Below, one piece after another: positions 27,290 to 40,253 of a stretch of DNA of 64,000 nucleotides (positions are counted from its first letter, which is position 1; each line of letters opens with the position of its first letter). The DNA lies in the NCBI RefSeq assembly GCF_006345805.1, contig NC_043002.1:64728001-64792000 (forward strand), read 5' to 3'. The stretch comes from Octopus sinensis (Eukaryota). The notes under the pieces are model-generated. The model saw only the letters and a list, made by a program, of their open reading frames with translations. It ran no database searches and was not told the origin of the DNA. The translations under genes were made by a program, and so were the position numbers.

Positions 27290-28310
27290 ATTATCCCAAT
27301 ATTGGACTTAAGCAAGAGGAAGGATTTTCCTTCGCGAAAGTATTTTCTTATTGTTCAGAGGCTAGAAAGGCGCCTCTGGAGTCGGTGAAACATATGCAGA
27401 AAGATAAAGATAAAGGTGTACAAGACATGTATGTTCCCTTCTCTTCTCTATGCCTGCGAGACGTGGATCACATATCGATACCACCTTAAACAACTGGAAC
27501 GTTTCTATCAGATGTGTCTCAGACGGATCTATGGCATTAAGTGGGAAGACCGCATCAGTGATCTTGAAATATTGGAGGGCTCTCGGCGCGAAAGTATAGA
27601 AGGTCTTGTGTTAAAGCAAAGGCTCAGATGGAGTGGTCATCTGGTCAGGATGAAGGATTCAAGGATGCCAAAACAACTCTTTTATGGAGAGTTAGCTAAT
27701 GGAGAACGATCCTCACATAAACCAAAAAAGCGGTATAAGGATTTGCCGATGGTTTCCTTCAGAGATGCTCGCATCTCTCGTGACACATGGGAGGGCATAG
27801 CTATTGATCGTAGCAGGTGGAGAAGGATTGTGCACGAGGAGACAACTACTTTTGAGAAATCTCGAATGGCACATGAGAAAGTAAGGACGGATGTCAGGAA
27901 GGGCATCGCTGTTACACTTCCAGAAGAGAAGGGTCTTCCTTTGATGCTGACGTGCAATGTCTGTGCAAGACCCTGCTTCAGTAAAGCTGGACTCAAGAGT
28001 CATCTTCGTAGTCATAAAGCGAGACAGATGAGTGACAACCTTGCCACTGGTGGTGGTGTTACACACCATGGTAATCATATCTGTCAGGCATGTAGAAGAG
28101 AGTGTAATTCGGCAGGAGAACTTAAACGACATGCAAATGTACATGAAGCCCAGTTACAACTACAGCCGGCTATTGCCGGTAAGGGTTTTAGCTGCCAATT
28201 CTGTACAGGACATTGTAGATCTTTAGCTGGGCTAAAAGTCACATTCGATCATAGCACCAATAACAGTTATGCTTCGTGCAATGGCCATACTCGATAACGA
28301 GGGAGAAGCC
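27290..28310 (+). mobile_element. 5'-truncated RTE-clade LINE with three C-terminal C2H2 zinc fingers
   Basis: The 293-aa ORF 27416-28297 contains KIKVYKTC..SLLYACETW, LRWSGHLVRMKDSRMPKQLFYGEL and DRSRWR (RTE thumb/C-terminus), then CNVC-x12-HLRSH, CQAC-x12-HANVH and a third, frameshifted finger. Confidence 0.9.
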
Positions 28311-28335
28311 ATCATATATATATACATATATATGG

Positions 28336-28377
<42 letters not shown>

Positions 28378-29872
28378 TGTGTCTGCGTCTGTGTGTCTGT
28401 GTGAGCCTATGAAACTTGCATACTTGCAAATAAACAAATATATTCATATAGCCATTTATCCCCAAAATAAAAAAGTTAGGATCACGCCTCTGATACACAT
28501 ATCCTTTCCTCCAACCGTTCTGTAAACAGCCATTCGCTTTGGCTTCGGTCTTGTTTTAAAACATATAAATATATCTCTGATACCAAAACCCTCCATCCAC
28601 TATGTATTGCAATGTCATGGATATTGAATTGGATACCAACATTTTTGATATGAAATATAAAATGGCAAATCATAAAGTGTCAAATCATCTACAGATGTCA
28701 TTCGGTGTAAATATGTATTTCTGTGCGCGTGTAACTAGCTTTGACTGGAGTGAGCGAGTTAATGTATGCGCGCGTGTGTGTGTGTGTGTGTGAGTGTGCC
28801 CGGTGTGTGTATGTTTGTGTGAGTACACGCACGCGTACATGTATCTGTGCGCGTAGAGTTCGGTACTCTCAGGTAGGTATCATGCTCAACGCGATATCTG
28901 GTTTATCCGCACAGAAACCGAGAAATATTAGACATTCTTTAGTCCAGGAATTATTAAAGCTGCCATATACTTTTAAGTAAGCCTCCCTCGCTCTCACATA
29001 TACACACTCACTCTCTCTCTCTCTCTCTATCTCTCTCTCTTACTCAGTCTCTCAATCCATCTCTTTTTCCTCTATCCATATCTCTCTCTCTCACTCTCTC
29101 GCACTCACGCTCTCCGTAGAAAGTATGACAGATTTAGCAATAGTAAACGGCGCCTACGTACCGCTTCTTTTAAGTGATATCAGGCTCCCTGTGGCAATTT
29201 AGATTATTCTAGTATTTATATAAAAGTTTGAAGCCATCCATGAACATTAGACACTTCCTTCACCCGTTATATTCGACAAGATAATACTTCAGCTTATTGT
29301 GCATTAATTATAAACCATGAAATACACAGAAATAATTAAATGTGAGTATAATGAGTCTCTTTGGAAAATAACACTTCAGTAAGAATTTCGCGTTGGAAAC
29401 GATTACCATTTTCTATGTAAAATCTCCAAGTAAAGACACTACTTGGTGGTACGATCTGATGGAACCTATCAAATCCGAGAGTAATTTCAATCATAAGGAA
29501 TATTATGTTGATATATTCCTAATTTTACTTTCACTAAAGACAATGTAAACCTGCATGCGGCTTCGACACATTTGGCCATGTTTCAGCTCCATCAAGTTTG
29601 ACCTATCCGTTATGACATACACATACAAACAAATATTCGTACTCAATTAGCACGCAATTTTCTGTAAAGCTTATGAAATATTTGTTTAGAATCTGAGAGT
29701 GAAAGTAATATGAGATAATCAGAAGTGAAGCTAGTATTTGCTTAAGTGCGCCAGCTGGTGGTCATCCGCAGAGGAAGCTAGTCCAACAATTGTATGTTTC
29801 TGTGGGTAATTTTACGGTGGTTAATTCATTACGAGGTATATTTCCGTCCACTCCGCAAACGCGATTTCCTTT

Positions 29873-30775
29873 CTTGTTCTACTTACTTGTACTTGTGACG
29901 GCGTTCACTCAGGGTGGGTTGAGCCGGCTTCTTCTCTGGTCCTAACGGCATCACGAACCATGGCGGCCAACGCTCGACGGTCACGTGCGAGTTCACTGGA
30001 GACAGCGAGCCATTCGTGGTTCCATCTGCGCAGACCGACCACCTGCGGACCTGAGATTTCGAAGAGATCCTCCTTTATCATCGTTGCCCAGGTCTTCGAC
30101 TGTCCGTCCGTGCGTTTGCGCCAGCTGGGAAGTGGAGGTGGGAAGAGGTCATCGAGAATCAGCTCACCCTCTGGACGCCGGGCTGCATGACCGAACCACC
30201 TTAAGTGCCGTTGTAGAAACACCGAAGGGAGAAGCCGGAGATTCAGGTGATGACGAAAACCGGCTGTAAGAACCCGATCAATGCACCTGCAGCGAAGAAA
30301 GCGGCGGAGACAGTCATTGTCGAACACCTCCAGACTTCGCTGATCGACTACCCTCATAGGCCATGTTTCGCAACCATAGAGGAGGATAGTACGAACGGCG
30401 GCCTAGTAGATTCGCCCTTTAGTCACCGAGATCGCTCTTCTATCTCACAGGCACGGCTGCAGACGCACGAATGCAGATCTAGCAACACCTATGCGACGCT
30501 CGACCTCGGCTGCGGCCTGGCCCGCTGGAACCACCGTTGATCCCAGATAGACGAAGGACTCCACATCCTCCAGCTCCATGCCCTCGAGAACGATTGGCTG
30601 CGATTCATCTGCTTTGACCAGAGACGTCATCAATTTGGTTCGGCCAGCATTGATCCGAAGACCGACAGCTGCCGCTGCCGCATACACCCTTTCGAGAGCA
30701 TCTTCGACATCTTCCCGGTTAGAGCCCCAGAGCACATCGCGCTCTTGGGCGCGATCCATTCCACATATAGTGACT
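29873..30775 (-). mobile_element. 5'-truncated, GC-rich RTE-clade LINE
   Basis: ORFs 30445-30759 and 29905-30357 contain LEDVESFVYLGS, EVERRIGVARSAF, LRWFGHAARRPEG and KTWATMIKEDL. The 3' tail consists of short (ACAAGT)-like repeats. Confidence 0.9.
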
Positions 30776-30974
30776 AAGATATCTCGATGCCATCAATAGA
30801 CCATCATTATTTGCTTGGAGTATTTTCTGTACTTTCAAAATGTGCAGTGATGTGGTTTATAGCTACTTTTCCTGTTGTTTTTGTTCTTGTCATTTGGACT
30901 AGTGCTTTCCTCACAATGAACAATTACAATAAAACCATTTATGCCCGTAGTCATGCAGAATATATTTTTGTGAA

Positions 30975-31305
30975 GGCGCATGACTCAGTGGTTAGAGCGT
31001 CGCGCTTACGATAGGGAGGTTGTGAGTTCGAATCCCGGACCGGGCTGCGTGTTGTGTTCTTGAGCAAGACACTTTATTTCACGTTGCTGCAGTTCACTCA
31101 GCTGTAGAAATGAGTTGCGACGACACATGTACCAAGCCGTATCGGCTTTGACTTTCCTCTTGGGTAACACTGGTGACGTGGAGAGGGGAAGCCGGTATCC
31201 ATGGGCTACTGCTGGTCTTCCATAAATATCATTGCCCGGACTTGTGCCTGGGAGGGTTACTTTCCAGGTGCAATCCCATGGTCAGTCATGACCGAAGTGG
31301 GTCTC
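30975..31305 (+). mobile_element. tRNA-derived SINE, family B (CORE/Meta-like central domain)
   Basis: A box tgactcagtgg, B box gagttcgaatccc, then tcttgagcaagacacttt...cagctgtagaaatgag. Related heads occur at 35778-36137 and 45845-46147. Confidence 0.85.
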
Positions 31306-33082
31306 AGCATATATTTTTTAACATACGCAATACTGTTTTACTAATAAATAGTTGTTTTCTTTAAGAGAGGATGTTTTAATTTCCAACAGACATGACTGAT
31401 ATTTGCATGACGTCATCGATCCACAAAGAGAATCCGCGTTTATATTTCGTTTTCTGGATTTGGTTTACAAAATTCATTGTGTGAGTTTGTACGTTGAAGA
31501 ATATTTTGTTGTGTCGATCTTTTAGTGCCTTTTTATTCAACACACTCAGCAGTAAAATTTCCACCCATTTATTTTTCCTAAAATTTTCGCTGCGTCTTAC
31601 AACCTTTTCAATAGTCGTTGACTCTGTCCGTTTTCCGAGCTGCGACTTTTTGTTTGCATGTGCGCATGTGAAGGGTTCAGTGTGTGTGCGCATGCACATG
31701 TATGTATGTATGTATGCATGCATGTAAATGAGTGTATGCATGTATGTGTGTGCGTATGTATATATGTATGTATGTACGTATGTGTGTACGTTTGTATGTA
31801 TGTATTCTGTATATTCATGTTTGTATTTATGTGTATCTGTGTGTGTGTGTGTGTGTGTGTGCGTGGTTAATTCAAATTATGACACTATCAATATATTCTA
31901 TAACAAAAATCCCTGGAATGCTATCATCAGGTCTCCAATGACCTGATGACAGTTCTAAAGAACTTTTGGCCGTGTCTACTAACCGATCAGTTGGATCAGA
32001 GACTTTGCCAAGACACGTGGTGTGCATCATGTCATTACTCCGGTCCCATGTTTAGTCCGCTATGACTATATTTTTTTCGACCCACCTCACGTTCACCCAA
32101 GTTTCAACGAAACTTTATCGTGGAATACATTATACATATTCAACATTCAAGATTGTAAAATACATTAGAGAAAAACCCAACTGTTGTCATTAGGAGGGAA
32201 GACTATCGTGCTGAGGCTTCCTCTTAGTTTCTTATGTGCTTTTCGTAATCACTTCAAACCCCTTTCTTTCATGAAGTCTTTTCTTATATATATGAGAACA
32301 ATCATTCGTTTTTGTAATTCAAGGAAAAAAACTTACAACATATAAGCTAAGAATGAATAAATTGAGAAGTCTTTCAGTTCGAAGATTTTGACTACTATTT
32401 TCTGTTTTATCTGTAAGATATTCATTAAATAGATATGGCCGCAATATTTTGTCCTTCTAAAATTTTATTCATAAGTTTTTTTGTTTATTTTTCTGCTAAA
32501 TCTTACTTTACCTTAGTCTTTAAATATTCAAACCGTTCTATTTTTATTCACGCTCTCAGACACTTCAATAAAGGAATGTACTTCGAATGATTTCAGCTGT
32601 TGATATAAGTTTATATCAATGTTTGCTTACAGTCTGTTTGATCAACAGTACGTATCACTCAAACTCCCATTGCACTATTTATTTGCGTTTCCTCATATTG
32701 TCAGTTCAATTATTAACTGGTGTCGACTTAATATTTCATCGTTCCGTTGATGATAAAATATTATAATAATGTACAGGGAATATATTTCTATTACAGACTT
32801 CTGGTTTCTCGCATGCTAATGTAAGAAATCAAAATCTTTGTTTCGTCCTACCTATCGCCTACATTCCCATCAACTACTGATCACGTGTTCAGCTGTTCAC
32901 GCAGAGATTCTATTGCACCGCCAAGTACAGCTTCGTATTTCAGGAAGTAGATAATAATCTTTAAGGAGTGTAGAATTATGATTGTATGCTTCATATGCTA
33001 TGATTTATCATTATCATCATTAACTTCATCATGATCATCACCATCAGCACCATCATTATCGTCATTATTATTACTTTCGCTG

Positions 33083-33300
33083 CTAAGGCGGCGAGCTGGC
33101 AGGATCTTTCACACGCTGGGCAAAATGCTTGGCGGCATTTCGCCAGTCTTTATGTTGTGAGTTCAAATTCCGCCGAGGTTGAATTTACATATATCATCCT
33201 TTCAAGTGTCTATAAAATAAGTAGCAGTTGAGCACAGGCGTCGATGTAAACGACTTAACACCTTCCCCGTAATTGCTAGCCTTGTGTCAAAATTTTAAAT
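33083..33300 (+). mobile_element. Family A SINE
   Basis: Head aaggcggcgagctggcagga and body gagttcaaattccgccgaggt, as in the other copies. Confidence 0.8.
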
Positions 33301-33332
33301 TATTATTATAATTGTTCTTGTTTTATATATAT

Positions 33333-33390
<58 letters not shown>

Positions 33391-33642
33391 TAAGCAATAA
33401 AGGGTTTAGCAACAAATTGCCTTACCACATACCGAATTTAGAAATAGCAGTCAAAGAGTTATAGCTATTTCTATATATATATATATATGCTAATTATTGG
33501 CTGCAGGATAGTTTTTCGATTATCAGCGCGCCAAAAGTAGAGGCATTCGAAAGATACATCCGAACGTAATAGGTTGTACTTTTTGCATGCGGGACTCCGG
33601 TACCGTTTTTCATCTAGTACAGCATATTATGCTCATAACAAA

Positions 33643-33702
33643 CTACGCTGATGAAGCTACAGATATCCTTGTGATATTAATAGCTGAAACTGCAGTACGT
33701 AG
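33643..33702 (+). ncRNA. Minimal type I hammerhead ribozyme (structurally intact)
   Basis: Helix I CUACG/CGUAG; core CUGAUGA (33648-33654); helix II AGCUA/UAGCU plus GAUAUC/GAUAUU; GAAA (33686-33689); palindromic helix III ACUGCAGU; GUA cleavage triplet with the predicted cut after 33697. Confidence 0.8.
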
Positions 33703-33943
33703 GTAATTATTCCACTTAGTATTTTTCTTTTGTCTCATCCATTGCTTTAGGTCGTGCTGAATTTTATTTTTATTTGAGAACATAATCCTTGTGGAGAAAG
33801 GCGATTTGACGTCTGTATCTAGCATGTTGACTGTCCACCTTTTCGTGTTCAGTCCTTAATTGGTATATAAAATATTTTAATCTTCGGATTCTTTTTAATG
33901 TGCTAGACCACTGGTTTTAATTGACTAATATCAATTTCTACCC

Positions 33944-33991
<48 letters not shown>

Positions 33992-34030
33992 TGAGAGTGA
34001 GAGATACATTATATATAAACACAAATATAT

Positions 34031-34272
34031 CTCTTTTACTCTCTTGTACTTGTTTCAGTTATTTGACTGTGGCCATGCTGAAGCCCCGCCTTTAGTCGAG
34101 CAAATCGACCCCAGGACTTATTCTTTGTAAGCCTAGTACTTATTCTATCGGTCTCTTTTGCCGAACCGCTAAGTTACGGGGACGTAATCACACCAGCATC
34201 GGCTGTCAAGCGATGCTGGGAAGACAAACACACACAAACACATACACACACATGCATATATATACATATATA

Positions 34273-34319
<47 letters not shown>

Positions 34320-34484
34320 TACGACTGGCTTCTTTCAGTTTCCGTCTACCAAATCCACTCACAAGGCTTTGGTCGGCCCGAGGCTATACTAGAAGACACT
34401 TGCCCAAAGTGCCACGCAGTGGGACTGAACCCGGGACCATGTCGTTGGTAAGCAAGCTACTTACCACACAGCCACTACCACGCC

Positions 34485-34485
<1 letters not shown>
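34031..34485 (-). mobile_element. tRNA-headed SINE, family C, with internal (CA)/(TA) microsatellite
   Basis: Head and body are shared with copies at 42974-43304 (-) and 51220-51606 (+), and with partial copies at about 36720, 52605 and 55010. Confidence 0.88.
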
Positions 34486-34524
<39 letters not shown>

Positions 34525-34989
34525 CACACATATACACACATGTATATCTATATATTCATATGTGTGTATATGTGTGTGTGTCTACTTGTGTGTGTATATA
34601 AAATTGTGGCACAATTTATTCAAAATAAAATAACACTAAATTAAAATATTATTAATTAAATTTGACCGTATCATATGCTATTTGTCTTGTCCATAATACA
34701 CATTTGTCTCATTAAAAAAAATTGTTATTTTCTAAATATCAATTAAATAAGCTGTATCTTATTTTAATTAAAATTCGGGTAGAAGCTTCCAGGAGACAAA
34801 TTAATACAAATTTTTACTGATATTTAATAAAAATTCAGGAAATCCTCTCCACTATATCAGTATATATCCATTGCTACTGTTGTACCTATCTATATATATA
34901 TATATATATATATAGATAGATAGATATTCGGGTTTTTTTCTCCTCTATAGATTTTTGCGTAGTATGTTGATTGCATTTTAATTTCATTA

Positions 34990-35139
34990 ATATTGTATTC
35001 CAGCGTGTAAGAAATCATCAGCTTGATCATCATTGTCATAATCATCATGATGATCACAATCATAAAAATCATCATCGCCCTCTACATTATCGCTCTCAAC
35101 ATCATCATCATCATCATCATCATCATCACATCATCATCG

Positions 35140-35170
<31 letters not shown>

Positions 35171-35385
35171 GAGCGTCGTCATTATTATCATCATTATCTT
35201 CTTCATCATCGTCAGCGCGCCGTCATCGCATCATCATTATCATCCCGCTCCTCCTCCTCCTCCTCATCATCATCATCATCGTCATCACCATCATCATCAT
35301 CATCAAGATAATCATCATCATCATCGCCCTCGTCGTCGTCGTCGTCATCATCATCTCCATCATTCTCCACCTTGTCAACTTCATT
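34990..35385. repeat. (CAT)n/(CCT)n/(CGT)n compound microsatellite
   Basis: Directly visible. It explains the His-rich ORF 34971-35387. Confidence 0.9.
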
Positions 35386-35777
35386 GACGCTTTACGCTTT
35401 AACGCCCAATTTACAAAAAATCACGTGATATGAAGGAAAAGCGATACCCGCGCGCTCGCGCGAACACATATATATACTATTCATATATACAAAATCATAC
35501 GTACACACAGACTCACACACATACGCGTGTGTAGGTGTGTGTATATATGTATAGGCACTGAAGTGGCTGCGCGGTAAGACATTTGCATTACAACCAGATC
35601 GTTCTGGTTTCCGATCACTACATGGTGCATTATATAGGTGTATGCATATATCCTTGAATTTCTCTTACAGGAAAACTTTTTTGTATATGCATATAAAAGG
35701 TCCTAGTTTAATAAGTTGGCGATAGCAGTTTTGGGGGCTTGTGTGCCCATGGGTACTACGGTGTGTAATGTGGCACT

Positions 35778-36137
35778 ACGTCAGTTATGATGACGAGGGT
35801 TCTAGGTGAACCGATCAACGGAACAACCTGCTCGTAAAATTAATGAGCAAGTGGCTGAGCACTCTACAGACACGTATACCCTTAACGTAGTTCTCGGGGA
35901 GATTCTGCGTGACACACAGTGTGACAAACTGAGCCCTTTGAAATACACGTAAAACAGAAACAGGAAGAAAGACTGAGAAAAAGTTGTGGTGAAAGAGTAC
36001 AGCAGGGTTCGCCATCACTCCCTGCTGGAGCTTTTAGATATTTTCGCTCAATAAACACTCACAATGCCCGGTCTGGGAATCAAAACTGCGATGCGATGAC
36101 CGTGAGTCCGCCTCCCTAACCAAAGGGCCATTGCGCT
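35778..36137 (-). mobile_element. Family B-related SINE
   Basis: tRNA-like head at 36075-36137. The tail is similar to that of 45845-46147. Confidence 0.7.
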
Positions 36138-36244
36138 TCCACGGAGTGTATTGTAAACATCCCAGAAACACGAACTGCGATCTATTAAACTATTCAAAAT
36201 GTCCATCCCTTGATGATTATTATTATGCTTACCGATATAATGGC

Positions 36245-36415
36245 TAGAGGTATTTCGCCTGTCGCTATGTTCTGAGTTCCATTTCCGCCGAGGTCGATTT
36301 TGCCTTTCATCCTTTCGACGAAGATAATTTAAGTACCAGTGAAACACTGGGGTTGATGTAATCGATTATTCCCCTCCCACCAAATTTGAAGCCGTGTGCC
36401 TCAAGTAGGAAGGGC
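36245..36415 (+). mobile_element. Head-less family A SINE
   Basis: Starts at ggtatttcg; body and tail match 855-1066. Confidence 0.8.
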
Positions 36416-36619
36416 CACTTACTCTTTGTTTCTCTCTCTCTCTATCTATCTATACTTATATATATATAAGTAATTTATTTTAGTATGCGGCAAAGTAATT
36501 TATTTTACTAAGCCCTTTTATATAATGTAATAATTTGAATTTCCTTAATGGTCCCTTTGCATACTGAATACTTGGTGAAATTGATTAATTAATTAATAAT
36601 TTTACCCTCAATTGTTGAA

Positions 36620-36655
<36 letters not shown>

Positions 36656-36955
36656 TTAGATATATATGTATATATATATATTATATGTATTAGATATATA
36701 TGTATATATATATATTTGTATATATATTATTTTTACTTGTTTCAGTCGTCTGACTGCAGCCGTGCTAGAGCATCGCCTTTAGCACCTATATTATCGACCA
36801 TAATGTTTCAGTGGACTCTTTTAAGTCTTATTCCAATCAATCTCGTCTTTACTCTTCAAGAACTGTCCCAACAAATTTTCTTCCACACGGCTTCGTTCAC
36901 TTTTTTAGTGTTCTCATTATTATTATTATTATCATTATTATTATTATTATTATTA

Positions 36956-36992
<37 letters not shown>

Positions 36993-37026
36993 TTATTATT
37001 ATTATCATTGTAGCTATATATATACA

Positions 37027-37057
<31 letters not shown>

Positions 37058-38044
37058 CGTAAATCAAAAAAAAAACGAACAACAAATACAAAAAGCACAA
37101 CAACGTGAGAACTTGGTACATGTAATGTATTAGCAGTAGATGTCAAGTGGTCCAAGTAAAGTAGTACATGTAAAGTATTAGTATATATGTATACATGTAT
37201 GATTTGGACTGCTTTTGTGACTCTCTGTAAAATCCACCCAGAAGATTTGCCACTTGCTTACCCTGAGATCTCACGTTTATGAATCGAAATGTTTTCATAA
37301 GCTAGCATGTCTATGCCTCACAATAATATACCATCGAATGTATGATATTATTAATATAAATACAAATATATTTAAAATCCACTGATGATGCTATGATGTC
37401 AATACCAACAAGGGTGAAGACAATGAGAATTGGCAGGTGGAGTTTGGTAGTGATAACTGATAAAGATGGGCAATTAAATATACATACATACATATCTACA
37501 TAATACATACATATACACACACATACATATGTATATGTATGTATATATGTATATATATATATTATTTACATCATTATATGCGTGTATATATATATTATAT
37601 ATATATATATATACGAACATATATAAATACATATATATATATAAATATATATATACATATATACACACACAAACATACACACACGCATATATATATATAT
37701 ACATACATATATACATGTATACACACACACCTTAAGATTAATGTGTCTGTGGCCAAAGCAGACAGATGTGTTGTGGAAGTGATATTTATTATGGTATGCA
37801 GATGACATTATTCATGCTTGAATACACTACTTACGATTACTGATAAGACATAATGATAATATCTGATTATACATATAACTGTAAATTATATAAGTGCGAT
37901 GTTAATACATCAATACACCTATATCAGTAATTTTTAATACCTCGAAATATTTATGCGTAATACAATACCCAGATCAACTTAACACCAGTCTTGTAATGAA
38001 GTTGGGTTTGAATCCATATTGTTTTAGTTGATTTTGAAAAAGCA

Positions 38045-38862
38045 TATTATTATTATTTAGAAGTGCTACCGTATGGTGGTGAGGGGCACCGCTAGTTCGA
38101 TATAAACACCACATGCAAGGACATGCTATCAGGCGTTCACGTAGGAGGATGAAATCGTTCTGAACGCACTCGTTTAGTGTCCGAGTATTGCTAACTTGCG
38201 GGGTTATTTAAAAAAAACTGCTGTCATGTGTAGGGCGGATCCATCCATCTTCCAACCGAGTCCATAGGAATGATTGCCCCACCACCGTCCTTTAATCGGG
38301 CAGTCAAGGCAGCTTTCCATGATCTGGTGGCTGTGGCGAAAGAAGTTGTCTGTTCGTCGAGGCTGAAAGACATGAGGACCGATACCTTCCTCTTTGGTAG
38401 AGGCCTCATTGACTTCTTCAAGTTTCACTTGAAAAGGAAATTGAGAGTGGAGAGGGAAGTACCGTTACTCGAGTGAGTTTTCTGAAATGTGAGTGAAAGG
38501 TGCGAAAATGGAAAGAGTGGATGGTAACACTCGGAGTGTAGACCTGTGAATCGGAGTAATAGAACTGGAAAGGACAATCGCTCTTGGTATTCAGGGATAT
38601 CTTTGACAGTGGATTCCTTGGTTATCCCTAGAAATCACCCTTGCTCCAGGAAGACAACATCTCTATCATCTCTCCTTCATTTTAACCTTTCTATGCTATG
38701 TGTATTTCATTTCGCATGTCCTTGTAAAGCGTGTACACTTACTCTTGTTCTTGTTATTTATTTATGTATTTTATCATTTCATAATATGTAAAGCGCAACA
38801 ATTTGTGTCTGCATATGTATTGACGCCCTCGTCCTTTACCTTGTTGGAAAATAAATAGAATC
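38045..38862 (+). mobile_element. 3' end of a Tx1/L1-like LINE
   Basis: ORF 38270-38476 (LVAVAKEVV..RLK..RTDTFLFGRGLIDFFKFHLKRKLRVER) resembles the C-termini of Tx1-type ORF2 as I recall them. A T-rich 3' UTR ends in aataaa. Confidence 0.55.
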
Positions 38863-38869
38863 ATCATTG

Positions 38870-38952
<83 letters not shown>

Positions 38953-39037
38953 TATTATTGTTATCATTATTATTATCTTATTATTATTATTATTATTATT
39001 ATTATATTATTATTATTATATTATTATATTATTATTA

Positions 39038-39072
<35 letters not shown>

Positions 39073-39162
39073 GACGTTGCACAGTATACATCAGTACGTT
39101 GAGAACAAGCACCGTAACCTGACATCCATACGTATGGCAGAGTAGATAGAGAAGGTTTTGGA

Positions 39163-39193
<31 letters not shown>

Positions 39194-39710
39194 GAGAGTG
39201 AGAGAGAGATTCACGTGACTAAAGATAGATAAACACAACTTTAAATGTATATATGCAAGTACACAAGAAGCATATTTCTGTTAATATACCTAGAATATAA
39301 GTGTGTGTGCGTGCGTACTTGTGTGTGTGTGCATGTGTGAGTGTATGTGTATGTGGGTGTGTGCTTAAAATAATGAAAAATTAATAGAAATTAGGCCCCC
39401 GTAAATGAAGATATATTTAACATTCAAATGTGGTCACATCAAAATGTGGTAAAATTTGGGCATCTTATGAAGTGAGTATATTCTGCTAACTGTTAATTTC
39501 AATTCTTCAACAGGAAAAGTAAGTAAATGGTGGGAAATGAAACAAAATCGAAACCCTTGAATGAAAATGGCGTTACAAATAGGAAGAGCAAAGATCAAAT
39601 ATCCAGACACTGCAGATTAGGCAATGACACACACATGCGCAACAAACATGCACACCCGCACACAGGTTTGTATTGGAGTGTGTGTATTCCTATATCTATA
39701 TGTAACTATG

Positions 39711-39785
<75 letters not shown>

Positions 39786-39982
39786 TATATATATTATATA
39801 TATATATATAATGTATGTATATACGTGCATGCATTAATACATACAACCAACACATGCATAAATTCAGATAAACATATACGTATATACATACGTAAGATAT
39901 ATACTATATAATAATGCATGATCTTACAAACACTTGAAGATACATATGTATAATATATATACATATATATATTACTATATGT

Positions 39983-40016
<34 letters not shown>

Positions 40017-40081
40017 AATATATATGTGCTTGTGTGTGTGTGTATATATATATGTACGTGCATTTATGCGTGCATACATAC

Positions 40082-40160
<79 letters not shown>

Positions 40161-40253
40161 TCAATATAGGGTAGCAAAACATTCTATAGAAGTTTTTTCG
40201 CCACCAGCGGTCTAGTAAGAGAGAGAAAATAGTCAGAGGCTATATATATAAAT

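Noticed and set aside
34971-35387. His-rich 138-aa ORF
   Set aside because: It is a (CAT)n microsatellite translation.
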